Assembly: GCA_964016885.1 (NCBI GenBank)
Contig: OZ024746.1
Span: 82,956,001-83,020,000 of the forward strand
DNA from: Eledone cirrhosa
Taxonomy: Eukaryota
Direction: 5' to 3'
Length of the DNA: 64,000 bases
Shown here: piece after piece, positions 47,331 through 63,260 of the stretch
How the letters are laid out: each line of letters begins with the position of its first letter
Numbering within the stretch: position 1 is the first letter of the stretch
Program-made: the position numbers and the translations under genes
The notes under the pieces: model-generated
Told to the model about the DNA's origin: nothing
The model's input: only the letters and a program-made list of their open reading frames with translations
Database searches by the model: none

Positions 47331-49188
47331 TAAACATACAGACACACACACATACAGTTATATATAAACATACAGACACACACATACAGTTATATATAAA
47401 CATACAGACACACACATACAGTTATATATAAACATACAGACACACACACATACAGTTATATATAAACATACAGACACACACACATACAGTTATATATAAA
47501 CATACAGACACACACACATACAGTTATATATAAACATACAGACACACACACATACAGTTATATATAAACATACAGACACACACACATACAGTTATATATA
47601 AACATACAGACACACACACATACAGTTATATATAAACATACAGACACACACATACAGTTATATATAAACATACAGACACACACACATACAGTTATATATA
47701 AACATACAGACACACACATACAGTTATATATAAACATACAGACACACACACATACAGTTATATATAAACATACAGACACACACACATACAGTTATATATA
47801 AACATACAGACACACACATACAGTTATATATAAACATACAGACACACACACATACAGTTATATATAAACATACAGACACACACACATACAGTTATATATA
47901 AACATACAGACACACACACATACAGTTATATATAAACATACAGACACACACACATACAGTTATATATAAACATACAGACACACACACATACAGTTATATA
48001 TAAACATACAGACACACACACATACAGTTATATATAAACATACAGACACACACATACAGTTATATATAAACATACAGACACACACACATACAGTTATATA
48101 TAAACATACAGACACACACATACAGTTATATATAAACATACAGACACACACACATACAGTTATATATAAACATACAGACACACACACATACAGTTATATA
48201 TAAACATACAGACACACACATACAGTTATATATAAACATACAGACACACACACATACAGTTATATATAAACATACAGACACACACACATACAGTTATATA
48301 TAAACATACAGACACACACATATACAGTTATATATAAACATACAGACACACACACATACAGTTATATATAAACATACAGACACACACACATACAGTTATA
48401 TATAAACATACAGACACACACATACAGTTATATATAAACATACAGACACACACACATACAGTTATATATAAACATACAGACACACACACATACAGTTATA
48501 TATAAACATACAGACACACACACATACAGTTATATATAAACATACAGACACACACACATACAGTTATATATAAACATACAGACACACACACATACAGTTA
48601 TATATAAACATACAGACACACACACATACAGTTATATATAAACATACAGACACACACACATACAGTTATATATAAACATACAGACACACACATACAGTTA
48701 TATATAAACATACAGACACACACACATACAGTTATATATAAACATACAGACACACACACATACAGTTATATATAAACATACAGACACACACACATACAGT
48801 TATATATAAACATACAGACACACACACATACAGTTATATATAAACATACAGACACACACACATACAGTTATATATAAACATACAGACACACACATACAGT
48901 TATATATAAACATACAGACACACACACATACAGTTATATATAAACATACAGACACACACACATACAGTTATATATAAACATACAGACACACACACATACA
49001 GTTATATATAAACATACAGACACACACACATACAGTTATATATAAACATACAGACACACACACATACAGTTATATATAAACATACAGACACACACACATA
49101 CAGTTATATATAAACATACAGACACACACATACAGTTATATATAAACATACAGACACACACACATACAGTTATATATAAACATACACA
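47331..49188. repeat. 32/34-bp minisatellite, ~55 copies
   Basis: aaacatacagacacacaca(ca)tacagttatatat; units differ by one CA. Confidence 0.97.
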
Positions 49189-49574
49189 TATGCAAACATA
49201 AACACAAATGCACACATACAAACACATTCATGCATATATAGGCGCACGTCCATTCACACACACACACGCATGCACACACAGAGGATTTATTCTCACACAG
49301 GCACACACATGCATACACACACACATGAACACACACATAATTTACTGTCACACAGACACACACACACATAATATACTCTCACACAGGCACACGCATACAT
49401 ACACACGCACACATACATACATACATAATATACTCTCACACAGGCACACGCATACATACACACACACACATACATACATACATGATATACTCTCACACAC
49501 ACACACACAAACTAAACAAACAAGCATAAATCGGTTGACAGGTAGAATAAGTGAGGGTTGTGTAATATGAACTA

Positions 49575-51050
49575 GTGGCGGTGTGGTGGTGGTGTGGTGT
49601 TGGTGTGGTGGTGGTGTGGTGGTGTGGTGGTGTGGTGGTGGTGGGGTGGTGGTGTGGTGGTGGTGTGGTGGTGTGGTGGTGGTGGTGTGGTGGCGGTGTG
49701 GTGTTGGTGTGGTGGTGGTGTAGTGGTGGTGTGGTGGTGTGGTGTTGGTGTGGTGTTGGTGTAGTGGTGGTGTGGTGGTGTGGTGGTGGTGTGGTGTTGG
49801 TGTGGTGGTGGTGGTGTGCTGTAGTGTGGTGTAGTATGGTGTAGTGTAGTGGTGGTGTGGTGTAGTGTGGTGGTGGTGTGGTGTAGTGTGGTGTAGTGTA
49901 GTGTGGTGTTGGTGTGGTGTTGGTGTGGTGTTGGTGTGGTGGTGGTGTGGTGGTGTGTGGTGTTGGTGTGGTGGTGGTGTGGTGTAGTGTGGTGTAGTGT
50001 GGTGGTGGTGTGTGAGTGGTGGTAGTGGTCGTGGTGTGGTGGTGTGGTGATGAGGTGATGTTGGTGATGGTAGTGGTGGTGGTGTGGTGGTGTGGTGGTG
50101 TTGGTGATGGTAGTGGTGGTGGTGTGGTGGTGTGGTGGTGTTGGTGATGGTAGTGGTGGTGGTGTGGTGGTGTGGTGGTGTTGGTGATGGTAGTGGTGGT
50201 GGTGTGGTGGTGTGGTGGTGTTGGTGATGGTAGTGGTGTTGGTGTGGTGATGAGGTGGTGTTGGTGATGGTAGTGGTGGTGGTGTGGTGGTGTGGTGGTG
50301 TTGGTGATGGTAGTGGTGGTGGTGTGGTGATGAGGTGATGTTGGTGATGGTAGTGGTGGTGGTGTGGTGGTGTGGTGGCGTTGGTGATGGTAGTGGTGGT
50401 GGTGTGGTCGTGTGGTGGTGTTGGTGATGGTAGTGGTGGTGGTGTGGTGGTGTGGTGGTGTTGGTGATGGTAGTGGTGGTGGTGTGGTGGTGTGGTGGTG
50501 TTGGTGATGGTAGTGGTGGTGGTGTGGTGGTGTGGTGGTGTTGGTGATGGTAGTGGTGTAGTGAAAGAGGTGCTGGGATTAGAGGTTGAATTAATCTAGT
50601 GATATAAAAAATTCAACAGCAGGTTAAATCAATATGATGGTGAAGGTGGTGGTAGTGGTGGTGGTGGTGTAGGTGGTGGTGAAGGTGGTTGTGGTAATGG
50701 TTGTGGTGATGGTTGTGGTGGTTGTGATTGTTGTGGTGGTGGTTCTGGTAATGATTGTGGTAGTGGTGAAGGTGGTTGTGGTAATGGTTGTGGTGGTGGT
50801 GAAGGTGGTTGTGGCTGTTGTGGTGATGGTTTGTGGTGGTAGGGGGGAGGTGAAAGTGACGGTAGTGGTGGTGGTAGTGGTGGTGATGAAGGTGATGGTA
50901 GTGGTGGTGGTAATGGTGGTGATGAAGGTGATGGTAGTGGTGGTGGTGGTTGTGGTAATGGTAGGTGTGGGTTGTGGTGGTGGTGGTGGTTGTGGTAATG
51001 GTAGTTGTGGGTTGTGGTGGTGGTGGTGGTTGTGGTAATGGTAGGTGTGG
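49575..51050. repeat. G/T-rich satellites, including a 40-bp unit in ~12 copies (50060-50556)
   Basis: ttggtgatggtagtggtggtggtgtggtggtgtggtggtg at 50061, 50101, 50141 and onward. Confidence 0.92.
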
Positions 51051-51480
51051 CGATGGTTCTTGTAAGGTAGAAATGTTTGTTGTTTTAATAAAGTTATTTG
51101 TTGTTATGGTTGCTACTGCTTCTGCTGCCGCTGTTGTTATTATTTACTCCCAGATCAATACTGATTTAGCAGACATGTGATCAAAGGCATCCCAGCCGTG
51201 GCGATCCCATCTTTTCATACATGCATGAAACTCGAGACCATATAAAACAAAGTATCCTCTTTTTAAGACAGTAAATTGTAATTTGAGCAGATTTGGTTGC
51301 TATTTTTGCAAGCACATAGAGGCTTCAAGCTGGAATGATAGTGTTACTTAGAGTAAATTAATTAAGTGGTGGTGGTGGTGGTGGTGGTGGGGTGACGGTC
51401 ATCGTCATTGTAATAGTGGTGGCTGGGATAGAGGGCAACCAGAGAAGAAGACGGGTGGCTGGACAAAAGGAGGACGGAAC

Positions 51481-51564
<84 letters not shown>

Positions 51565-52056
51565 CAAGATGATATATATATATATAGAGAGAGAGAGAGG
51601 GGGGGGGCAAGATGAGAGAAGAGCTAGCGAGAGGATGGAAGATGAGAGGGAAAGAGGAGAGAAACGGAGAAAGGGAAAGAGGGAGAGGGGAGGGTGACTG
51701 AAACGAGAGAGTGTGAGAGGTGGACGAGATCGAGATTTAATAAGAATAATAATAAAAAGGCGATGAGAGAGATGTGTAATGAGTAAGTGGAATAAAGAAG
51801 CAACTTAAAAGAATTAGAAAAGAGAAAGACAGAACGAAACAAAGAAAGAAGGCAAAAGAGTAAACGACATTGAGTGTGTGTATGTGTATGTGTATGTTTG
51901 TGTGTGTGTGTAAGTGTGTGTGTGTGTGTGTGTGTGTGTTTGTGACACAAAGGTGACAAAGACTTAAAATGGCGGTGATGTTTGAAATGATCAATCTCTC
52001 CCAGGACAGTAACACTCGACAAACGGCTAGAAAATAAAAACAAAATAAAAAATAAA

Positions 52057-52114
<58 letters not shown>

Positions 52115-52700
52115 TAAACAACAAAGAAGTACAAATAAAAAGAAAGAAAAAAAAGCAGCAACTATACAACGAACATAAAATAACCACAATAAGAGAACAA
52201 CAAAAAAAAAAACACAAAACAAACATATAACAACAACAACGACAACAACGACAACAACGACAACAACAATAACGACGACAACAACAACGACAACAACGAC
52301 AACGACGACGACAATACAACGTAGAACATAGCACAATAATTATTTTGAGTGTTTTGAGCAGTTTATCATTTAAACAAACTTTGCTTCTTTTTTTTTGAGA
52401 TGTTGAGAAAGTAGAAAGTAAAATAAAAACAAAATAAAAATAGCAGACAGAGACAAAGAAAGAAATAAACAAACAAGGACTGGCATGATTAAACAAACGC
52501 ACGAAGAAATCAAAGAATCAACAACGATAGCAACAATAACAACAACAATAATAACAATGATATCAAAATACCTGACAACAATAGCAACTAGCAACAACAA
52601 AATAGATTCATAACAATTACCAGCTGTTTCTAAATTTCGGGTGGCATCAAGACGTGATAGAGAGATAGAGATAGATAGATATATAGATAGATAGATATAG

Positions 52701-52803
<103 letters not shown>

Positions 52804-52950
52804 AATAAAACAAAACAAAAACAAACTAGGAAATACGATAGAAAACAAGGATTGGTGATGAAAGCGGAACGAATCCATTTTTTTTTTGTTTCTATAAAAC
52901 AAAAACGAAGTAAGAAATATATAAGTAATCTAACAAATAATTAGATAAAT

Positions 52951-53103
52951 AATTGTTTCTACTTTTGGCACAAGGCCAGCAATTACCCCAGTGTATTACT
53001 GGTACTTTATTTTATCGACCCCGTAAGGATGAAAGGCAAAGTAAACCTCGGCGGGATTTGAACTCAGAATGGCCAGCAATTATCCCAGAGTATTACTGGT
53101 ACT
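52951..53103 (-). mobile_element. Truncated SINE family A with a partial tail duplication
   Basis: Core plus a second ggccagcaatta..ccag..tattactggtacttt. Confidence 0.8.
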
Positions 53104-53114
53104 TTAATAATAGT

Positions 53115-53280
53115 AATGATGATGATAATGGTGATGATGTTGATGATGATGATGATGATGATGATGAGGATGATGTTGATGATGATGAGGATGATGTTGA
53201 TGATGAATATGATGATGTTGATGATGATGTTGATGATGATGATGATAATGAATATGATGATGATGATGATGATGATGAAT

Positions 53281-53316
<36 letters not shown>

Positions 53317-53365
53317 GTGGTAATGATGATGATGATGATGATGATGGTGATGGTGGTAATGATGG

Positions 53366-53402
<37 letters not shown>

Positions 53403-53613
53403 AAATAATAAGATGCAGCGTAAAAGGCTGAAGGACGTTGCTTTTGTAGCCAAACCACAAACAGTTTGGACTCTGTCCACACGTTGACATAAACTGTAAT
53501 TGATGGATGGACATGTATGTATGTATGTATGTATGTATGTATGTATGTATGTATGTATGTATGTATGTATGTATGTATGTATATGTGTATGTGTGGGTGC
53601 ATATGTTTGTATG

Positions 53614-53647
<34 letters not shown>

Positions 53648-53825
53648 TGTATGTATGTATGTATGTATGTATGTATGTGTGTATGTATATCTAGGCCTGT
53701 ATGTATGTATGTATGCATGTGTGTATGCATGTGTAAGTGTGTGTATGTATGAATGTATTATGTATGTGTATATATGTGTATGTATGTGTGTGTATGTGTA
53801 TGTATGTGTATATGTGTTTGTTTAT
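53115..53825. repeat. (GAT)n and (TATG)n microsatellites
   Basis: Visible directly. Confidence 0.95.
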
Positions 53826-53829
53826 GTGT

Positions 53830-55410
53830 TATTGTTGTGTAGCCGCAAGTCAGTAGTCTTGTGCCCTGTAGATAGTGGGCTGAATGATATGGTTTGATTC
53901 ATAAACCCATCTTCCCTATTATACTATATATTCTAGATATTCTATCTATACTACACACATACGTGTGATGAGTAAACCCTGTGAGGTGCAGCTTTATTTC
54001 CTAGGTATATTGCATTCTTTTAGCTATCCACTTTTTCTGTACGGCTGTAGATTCTAGTGATGACCACTGCAAAAGCGGGCAAGTGGAGTGGGTCAATGTT
54101 GATCAGTTTCTGTTCTTCTAAACTTATAGTTTGTTGTGAGCATCTTCGTAGAACACTCACTCAAGAAAATAACTGCAACATCAGCTGATGGTGCGGCAGT
54201 TATTTTCTCGAGTGTGTGTTCTTCAGGGGTTTTTCCGGTGGTGTGTGGAAGAGGTAGTATTTCGGGGTGCTCTTGTCGTAGTGGGTTGTTGTATATATGT
54301 TGAGGCGTTTCCAGGGAGCTCCTCATGTCGTGACAAGGGCTGTGCGTGTTAAAGCTACTCGCATGTCCAGTCTGTCTCATTTTTAGCATTTTTGTTTGTG
54401 ACTTGTGAGTGTAGCGTTTGTTCAACCTGTTTTGTTCGACCTGTTTTGTGTTCTTTATAAATTATTGTGATCCGTTAAGAAGAGATTAGAATCTCACGTA
54501 CAACTATTATAGTCCTTGATGCTCTATTGTATTGTTTGTAAACCATTGTTGTTTCTTTCAATTGGCCAAATTCGGTAACTACGATTGCTTTAAGCATGTG
54601 TGCCATTTTGCTTTCCTTATTAAGTTTTCTATAAGTGTTATGATGTCGTGTGGGGATTGTATGCAACTAGTAATATTTTATCTTATATGGGTATGATAGG
54701 TTTATGTTGTTGAGTATGATGGCTGGTTGAATTTGATGTCCACCAGTAAGAAGAAATACATTATTCCTATCATAATGTTATGTTGTTCTCTAAAGTAGAA
54801 TGGGATTGGTGAGAGTATATAATACCTCCGCATAGAATATTCAGTTTGTAATTTGATATAATTAGTGCGCTTTCAAGCAAGGAAAGGTGAGAAAGAATAC
54901 TCAATCACCTCTACCTCAATGGTACATGATGGTACATGCCCTGATATAGAGAGGCTTTTTAAAAAATATCTTTGAAGCCACCATGTATTCTCTGCGTTAT
55001 GTTTGTAATAAGTGTAATGTTTGACTATAGTTGTCTTAAACTGTGTTGTAACTCGAAGTAGTAGTATTGTCTGGGTTTGGGATGTCAAAGATTAGCATTT
55101 TTAGAATTTTTGTGTGAGCCTGTACAATATTACTTCATTGGGGGTTTTAATGGGGTTTAGAATTATAATTTTACTCAGTTTTCAGGTTCTGTCAATTTGA
55201 CAGTGTTGGAACTCAACACTAGTTGTAGATGAGTCTATAAGGTGTTACTATATTGTGCTTTTCTTGGGGTTTAGAATCGTTATAATTTTACCCAGTTTTC
55301 AGATTCTAGTAATTTGACAGTATTGACATTTTTCAGTTGTTGTATATATTGATGAGGGCATAGAAAGAGAACTCTGAATGAACCTTAGGCTGGAACTTTA
55401 TTTATAGACT
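53830..55410 (-). mobile_element. Probable decayed retroelement (LINE ORF1-like) fragment
   Basis: A/C-rich minus strand with broken ORFs and a possible zinc-knuckle remnant (KC..QTGHAS) near 54350-54390. No clean motif. Confidence 0.3.
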
Positions 55411-55709
55411 AGTGGGTCGGTAAAATAAAGTGCCAGTACAGTACAGTGGAATGGCAGAATTGTTAAAGTATCGGACGATATGCTTTACGGTAACTGTTCA
55501 GACTAAATTCAAATCCTGCTATTGTGAAAGGTTAAATGCGACGAAAATGGTTGAGAACCTCAGTATATTACTGTTAATTATTTGATCAATTTTGGAAAGA
55601 TGAGAGACAAAATCGACCTATCCAGGTAGGATTTGAACATATGATATCGAGTGATGAAACTAAATGCTGTTAGACGCTCTACTGCTTCTGCCAAATCAAT
55701 GTATTTAAT

Positions 55710-56003
55710 AACAACAGCAACAAAAGTAACATCAACAAAAACAACAACAGCAATGGCAACACCAATAACAGCAACAACCACATCAGCAACAACAACAACA
55801 ACAACAACAACAACAACGACGACGACGGCGACGACGATGACGACAACAACAATAAAAACGATAGCAGCAACGACAATATCAATAGCAACAACACCAACAA
55901 TAGCAACAACAACAGCAACGATAATAACCACAAGAACAACAATTACAATAACAACATCAATAGCACTGGATCATCCACCACCACCACCACCACCACCACC
56001 ACC

Positions 56004-56035
<32 letters not shown>

Positions 56036-56055
56036 CAACAACAACACCAACAATA
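55710..56055. repeat. (ACA)n/(CCA)n trinucleotide repeats
   Basis: Visible directly. Confidence 0.9.
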
Positions 56056-56549
56056 TTAAAAATAAAAACAATAATAATATTGCCAAACAACACATGATAT
56101 GAATATCAATAATAATGATGTTAGTAATATCGAAAAAGTAAAGCAGATGACGAATAAGCTGTTAAGTGAATGGTGGGGTAGGGGCGGAAGTGGTGTAAAT
56201 GGGAAGAAGGGAAACGGAAGTGGACTTTTAATCAAGATGATGTAAAAGAGTAGCGGAAATAGGAGTCAATGAAACGGAAGAGATATTTTCCGCCCCAGGA
56301 TCCTTTGGTGTTTTTATAAAAACAAAAGGCAGTCATCTGTGAAGGTGACCAATCCATCTTGATGGAGTCACAATCTCCCACATATACACACACATACACA
56401 CATACACACATACACACATACAGAAACACAAACACATTCAGCCTGCACGCTTACTCGCTTCTTCCCTCCATACACACACACACAGACACACACACATTCA
56501 TACACACACACGCACACACACACGCACACACACACATTCACCCCCCCCA

Positions 56550-56580
<31 letters not shown>

Positions 56581-56901
56581 AGATCACACATTTAATATGC
56601 ACTAAAGAATCTTGCGCCCAAAATCTCATACATGCGTACAAACATGCACACACATACAAACACATACACATATACACACACATGTAACCACGCGTTCATC
56701 ACGCCTCCCGAATTTAATATGCATATGGGAAACTAACACCCGAAACCGTATACATGCACACAAACACACACACACGCACACACACACACGCAAACGCAAA
56801 CACACACACACACAACTGGATGCACACAAGCTCCTCGACACATACATATATACAAGGTCACAAATTTAACATGAACAAATCAAACTTCGTATAAGTACAC
56901 A

Positions 56902-56980
<79 letters not shown>

Positions 56981-57949
56981 ACGTACACACATATATAAAT
57001 ACATATATAAATACGTACACAAACACAAATAGACATATTAATGAAGTTGATGTGTTGTTTATCCCCGTGTCAACCCTTGCCGAGAAGACCTACAATAAAA
57101 AACGCCCCGGCTATAACCCTCACATCGATTTTGGCATAGTTGCATCTAAGACCATGTTAGCCAATGTTTCCTGCTTAGCTGCTGTTCCTAGCAGGTGAAG
57201 AGAACACAGAGAGGCCCCCTTTAATATCACGCAGTGTTAGCGTACTGACCCTATGCGATACATCTGACCAAGCACAAGACACAAGTCTTTATCTATTTTG
57301 TCTGTGGTCAGGATTAGTTGATTGAACATAGTACATTATTGTTGGAATGTTTATGAAACGACGATGAAGCCTCAGTATGATGGCTTGATAAGATAGAATT
57401 AGCAGATAAGATAGAATTAGCAGTCAAATATCCCTCACATCAGATACACCTGTATCAAAAGGAAAAGGTCTGTTAGATAATGTCTGATAAAAAAAGACGT
57501 AGTGGTCACAGCTGGATGCCTTTAATCATAGATTGAAATGGTTCATGGCTCAGAGCATAACAACAATCGCAATAACTTAGGGAACAACCGGTATGCAAAC
57601 ACGCCACCGATGATACTCTTCTGTGGCCACGTGATCTCGTGATCTGCTAGATGTAACAGTTAAATATCCAAGCCTCACCCTATCCAATTCAATCTAGTGT
57701 CTTCTCACTCCAGTTGGAGGAACTCCTACCTGGTTGAACTCTATCTCTATCTGTTTGGTTTTTGGTCATGTCAAGAGTGTAGCCGTACTCATCTCGTTTA
57801 GCCAATTGCAGGTTGGTGAGGCTATTTAACCCAAATTGGGGGTAGATGACCATTGACTCCGAGGAGTTCCTCCGCCATTTTAACAGGTCTTGTGAACAAA
57901 CGAGAAAATAAATAATGTAGTCCAAGATAAACTACGTTAAAAAAATTGA

Positions 57950-58150
57950 TTTATAATTTAGGCACATGTCCAGCGTATTTGAGCGAAGGGCAACTTTTAT
58001 TGAATAAATCCCAGTGCTTCATTGGTATTTGATCAACCGAGGAAGGATAAAAGCCAAAGTTGAGCTCGGTGGTATTTGAACTCAGAATATCAAAAGCCAG
58101 AACAAATACGGCAATGACATTTAAACCGACGTTCTACCAATTCTACCACC
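57950..58150 (-). mobile_element. Degenerate SINE family A copy
   Basis: aggataaaagccaaagttgagctcggtggtatttgaactcagaa. Confidence 0.65.
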
Positions 58151-58210
58151 CTTTAAGTAAAGTACTGCAAATAAATCCACAATGCATTTTTCTCATTGCA
58201 CTACAGATTC

Positions 58211-58780
<570 letters not shown>

Positions 58781-58803
58781 TACATACATACATACATGCA
58801 TAC

Positions 58804-58838
<35 letters not shown>

Positions 58839-59136
58839 GAATATTTGCAACATTGGTATCGTTGCACGGTCAGCAATATAAGCTACTTTTCAACTAAGCA
58901 ACGTTCAAACATTAATACATTTATTGCTTTCATACACAATCATATATTTCCTGTGCTTATCCACTGCATTACTGATGCTACCAACACCAACACTAACACC
59001 AACACCAACGCCACGACCACAAATATCATCACAATCTTATGATTTAATGTCATTTATGTTTGTTATTTTTGATTTCTATTTCTTCCATTCCATCTTTCTT
59101 TCTTCATCTCTCTCTCCCTCTCCTTCTTTTTCTATT

Positions 59137-59220
<84 letters not shown>

Positions 59221-59749
59221 CCCATTGCTCTGTTCGACACCATTGCATCACTGCATCTAACAAGCAATGTTAACCTAGCAAGCCCTTTAAACCAGGCACT
59301 CGATAAACATTTCAACCACTGACATCAACACCGATGCTCACCACTAACCCATCACCGTTAACACCACATCCAAACGCCACCCATCATATTTCACAGCTTT
59401 CCACTTGCACGACACTTCTGATATTTTTCACATAAACCAATTGCTTCAAACCTAATCAACTTCATCGCTTCAATTTAATCGCCTTGCCCGTTCCCCTCAC
59501 CTCCTCTCCTCTCTTTATTTCATTTTTTATTTATTATTATTATTTACACCTCTCTTCATCTCCCTTTTGCTGTGTGGATGGGAGAGCGTGCATTTGTCAC
59601 CCCCACCTCCTTTATGTCTTTTCATCCGCTATATAGAAGGAGTATCTCACTTTCATTGCTTTCCTTTCCTTGCCCCACTGTCTCCTTCTCCCCTTTTGTT
59701 GTTTTGTTTTTGTTTCATTCTTTGCTTCGACTTCTCTTACTTCACTTAC

Positions 59750-59847
59750 CGCATTGCAGTGTGTCTATCAGCAGAAGGCAACGTTATGCTCAAACCTGTC
59801 CGCTGCTAAGGAGGTGAAATCGAGCGACAAATTGGTCGTGATTCAAC
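59750..59847 (-). other. Possible 98-nt non-coding exon
   Basis: Minus strand has acceptor cttttggcag| and donor cg|gtaagt; all three frames contain stops. Confidence 0.25.
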
Positions 59848-61367
59848 CTGCCAAAAGTGTATCATAACTTTAACTAATAGCTAAGAGTTTTGAATAACAT
59901 TTTGCTATATTTCCCTCCCTTTGGTAATGGAGGTGGGAAAATAATAACTGGGGTGGTGAAATGGCTCAACGGATGTACGGCATGTTCATAAGTCTAAAAT
60001 CGGGGATTCGTCAGGCAATATTAAACGTGTCGCAAAAACACAGACAATATTTCCTGTCCGGAGTAGAAAACTAAATGATCCAGTTAGTCCCCATGAGGGA
60101 TTCACAGCCTCCACAGCACTTCACTAATTTTCTACCTTGTTGAGCAATAGCTCTGTATTGATGTTTTTCAGCGGCAAGTTTTTATAATGATTAGCTCACA
60201 GTACTGGCCATTTTCTAGCCTGGGAATATTGGGCCAAATAATGATAGTAAAAGGGAAAGAAAGACAGAAAAAATTGAAAGAGTAGGAGTGAGAGAGAGAA
60301 AAATTAAAAGAGTAGGAGAGAGAGAGAGGGGGAGGAGAGAACATGAGATAAAGAAGCAGCATGACAGACGAAGGAAAAAAAAAACTACTAAAGCTGAAAG
60401 AAAAAGATAATGGTAAAAGAAACAGAAAGAGAAAGATGAGAAAGAGAAAGAAGAAAAGAAAAGGACATGAATAAACGATGAAAAAGTGGGGGTTGCTAGA
60501 GAAAAATTAATCACCACCTTCCATTAACGGGAATAAATCAGTGTTAAGTGGGCGAAAATAATTGACTAATAGGCGCACGCGATCTTGCGAAGAAAAGCTA
60601 ATTCACTTGTTTAGGTTGAAGAGAGCGACGGACCTCGTTCTGGTATCGGCTTAACGTGGCAGACGACACATCACATTCTGCCAATACTTAGAAACTGATA
60701 CTATTTGTATGTCACCAAAAGGATATAGCGGCCATTTAATTGATTGGAATTTTTGACGCATTAATTCCGACACATACAATTTGATTTTCCTAAATTTCAG
60801 CTAATATAGAAAAGCTTTCGGCAAAGAGATGCGTGGCGCCTGGAATCAGCCAGATCTTGTTTGAAGAGATTTCTGCGTCTTTACTGACTGTTATTCCACG
60901 CACTGTTCAATGTACATTGAAAGAAAATAAACTCGTTTCTAACGAGAGTGGATTTCCACTGTGATTTAAATACAACTAATCCAGTTTTTCTCCAATCTTT
61001 CATTTGTTCTGCATTTATATTTCCATCTATTTTCTCCCCACTCTCTTCATTTTATCTCGGTGCACTTTATTTTCTTTTGACTTCATTATTATCATTGTTC
61101 TTCGTTTTCTGTTTTCTTTTTGGCTTTACTTTATCTGATATTTTTTATGTTATTACTGTTATCATTATTTAATGACAATATCAACTAAATAATTGTTTCA
61201 TACATAGGCAATGCACTTGTGATATTTTCGCAGAAATAAAAATATCAAATTGTCACGTTCAAGCATTTTCAAAGACATTAAGGCAATGATACCCAAAATA
61301 GGGTGAAACGACGCAATGATTGGTCATTCAGATATTCCATGCGTTTGTAGCGAAGTTTCTTTCTTCA

Positions 61368-61419
<52 letters not shown>

Positions 61420-61839
61420 CAAATTAGTGTAGCATATATTACATTTCATGTAAGGAAAGAAACTACTCGGGTTTTTATCTGCTAGTTGGGATAAATGTGC
61501 CGCAAGTTTAACATTATTATATTTGGTTACTTGCGCTCAAAATGTAATGGATCCACTACATAATTAACTTCAAGTTAGGAGTCACAGACACGTCCTAAGA
61601 TTGTTAGATGTTCCCCTCATTTTGGCTAAATAATAAAATAGAAAATAAATCTTGGATCCAATGCCTTGCTGTATCTACTTACCCACTTTTACGTTCTATA
61701 GCTACAATACACTCTCACACATACATACACACACACATACATAGATAAACAGACGTATATACAGGGTGTTCCCCCAAAATACATACACACTTCAACAGCA
61801 TTCTAATAAATATTGCCTGTGCAGGTAATCAAAGTGTAT

Positions 61840-61955
<116 letters not shown>

Positions 61956-62086
61956 CAAGAAAGTAAGTGTTGGTAAAATCCAGTACTTCAGTATGCGGAT
62001 GGGGAGCACTCAACGAAGATATAGGTTCCGGAGTTATAATAGTGACGAAACATAAGTCAATTGCATGAACTCATAATTCTTTATTT

Positions 62087-62142
62087 ACTGCTATATATAT
62101 TTCGATGATAGCCATTGAATGGCTATGACCTCATCAGGCAGT
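62087..62142 (-). ncRNA. Type I hammerhead ribozyme
   Basis: ACUGC CUGAUGA GGUcAUAGCCAU-uca-AUGGCUAUcAUC GAA AUAUAUAU A GCAGU. Confidence 0.85.
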
Positions 62143-62908
62143 TAGTCAGTTCTTAGATATGCCAGCTCTGTGTTTATAGTGCTGATGGTATCAGAGCCTT
62201 GGGACATATGAGCTTGTTAGGAATAAATTAATGTTGTCAGCAGGAATAGTCTTGATTCTCATTGGTCAGTTTGTAGATGGTAGTTGGGTTGGTATTTGAC
62301 CTCAAAGAGGCAGGTGGTTTTGTAAAGTTCAAACCGTCAGGTAAGATGACAATAGTTCCATATGACTGATTTTCACAAAAGGCATTCCTGGTCAGATATA
62401 TATTCAATTAAGGTTAATAGTATGAATAGATACTACAGGTCATTCTTAAATTGAGGAATTTATGTGGAGTGGTGCTACTGAAATTTATGGTTGGAGTAGA
62501 AAATTTACAAATAAAAAGACTTATGTAGGTTGGCTTTATTTGTAAATTTTCTACTCCAACCATAATTTTCAGTAGCACCACTCCACATAAATTCCTCAAT
62601 TTAAGAATGACCTGTAGTATCTATTTCATACTATTAACCTTAATTGAATATATATCTGACCAGGAATGCCTTTTGTGAAAATCAGTCATATGGAACTATT
62701 GTCATCTTACCTGACGGTTTGAACTTTACAAAACCACCTGCCTCTTTGAGGTCAAATACCAACCCAACTACCATCTACAAACTGACCAATGAGAATCAAG
62801 ACTATTCCGGCTGACAACATTAATTTATTCCTAACAAGCTCATATGTCCCAAGGCTCTGATACCATCAACACTATAAACACAGAGCTTGCATATCTAAGA
62901 ACTGACTA

Positions 62909-62963
62909 ACTGCCTGATGAGGTCATAGCCATTCAATGGCATCATCGAAATATATATAGCAGT
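62909..62963 (+). ncRNA. Type I hammerhead ribozyme (inverted copy, 1-nt deletion in stem II)
   Basis: actgc ctgatga ggtcatagccattcaatggcatcatc gaaatatatata gcagt. Confidence 0.8.
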
Positions 62964-63021
62964 AAATAAAGGATTATGAGTTCATGCAATTGACTTATGT
63001 TTCGTCACTATATATATATAT

Positions 63022-63169
<148 letters not shown>

Positions 63170-63182
63170 ATACATATATATA

Positions 63183-63260
<78 letters not shown>

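Noticed and set aside
52953-53730. Poly-Asp, poly-His and poly-Met ORFs
   Set aside because: (GAT)n tract read in different frames; the first ORF starts inside a SINE.
57716-57873. 12-bp inverted repeat ggaggaactcct / aggagttcctcc
   Set aside because: No TSD or second copy seen; too little to call a MITE.
59985-60025. CUGACGA on the minus strand as a hammerhead
   Set aside because: No GAAA after the short stem and no stem I partner. Isolated ctgatga/ctgaaga at 10553, 17133 and 29194 were rejected for the same reason.
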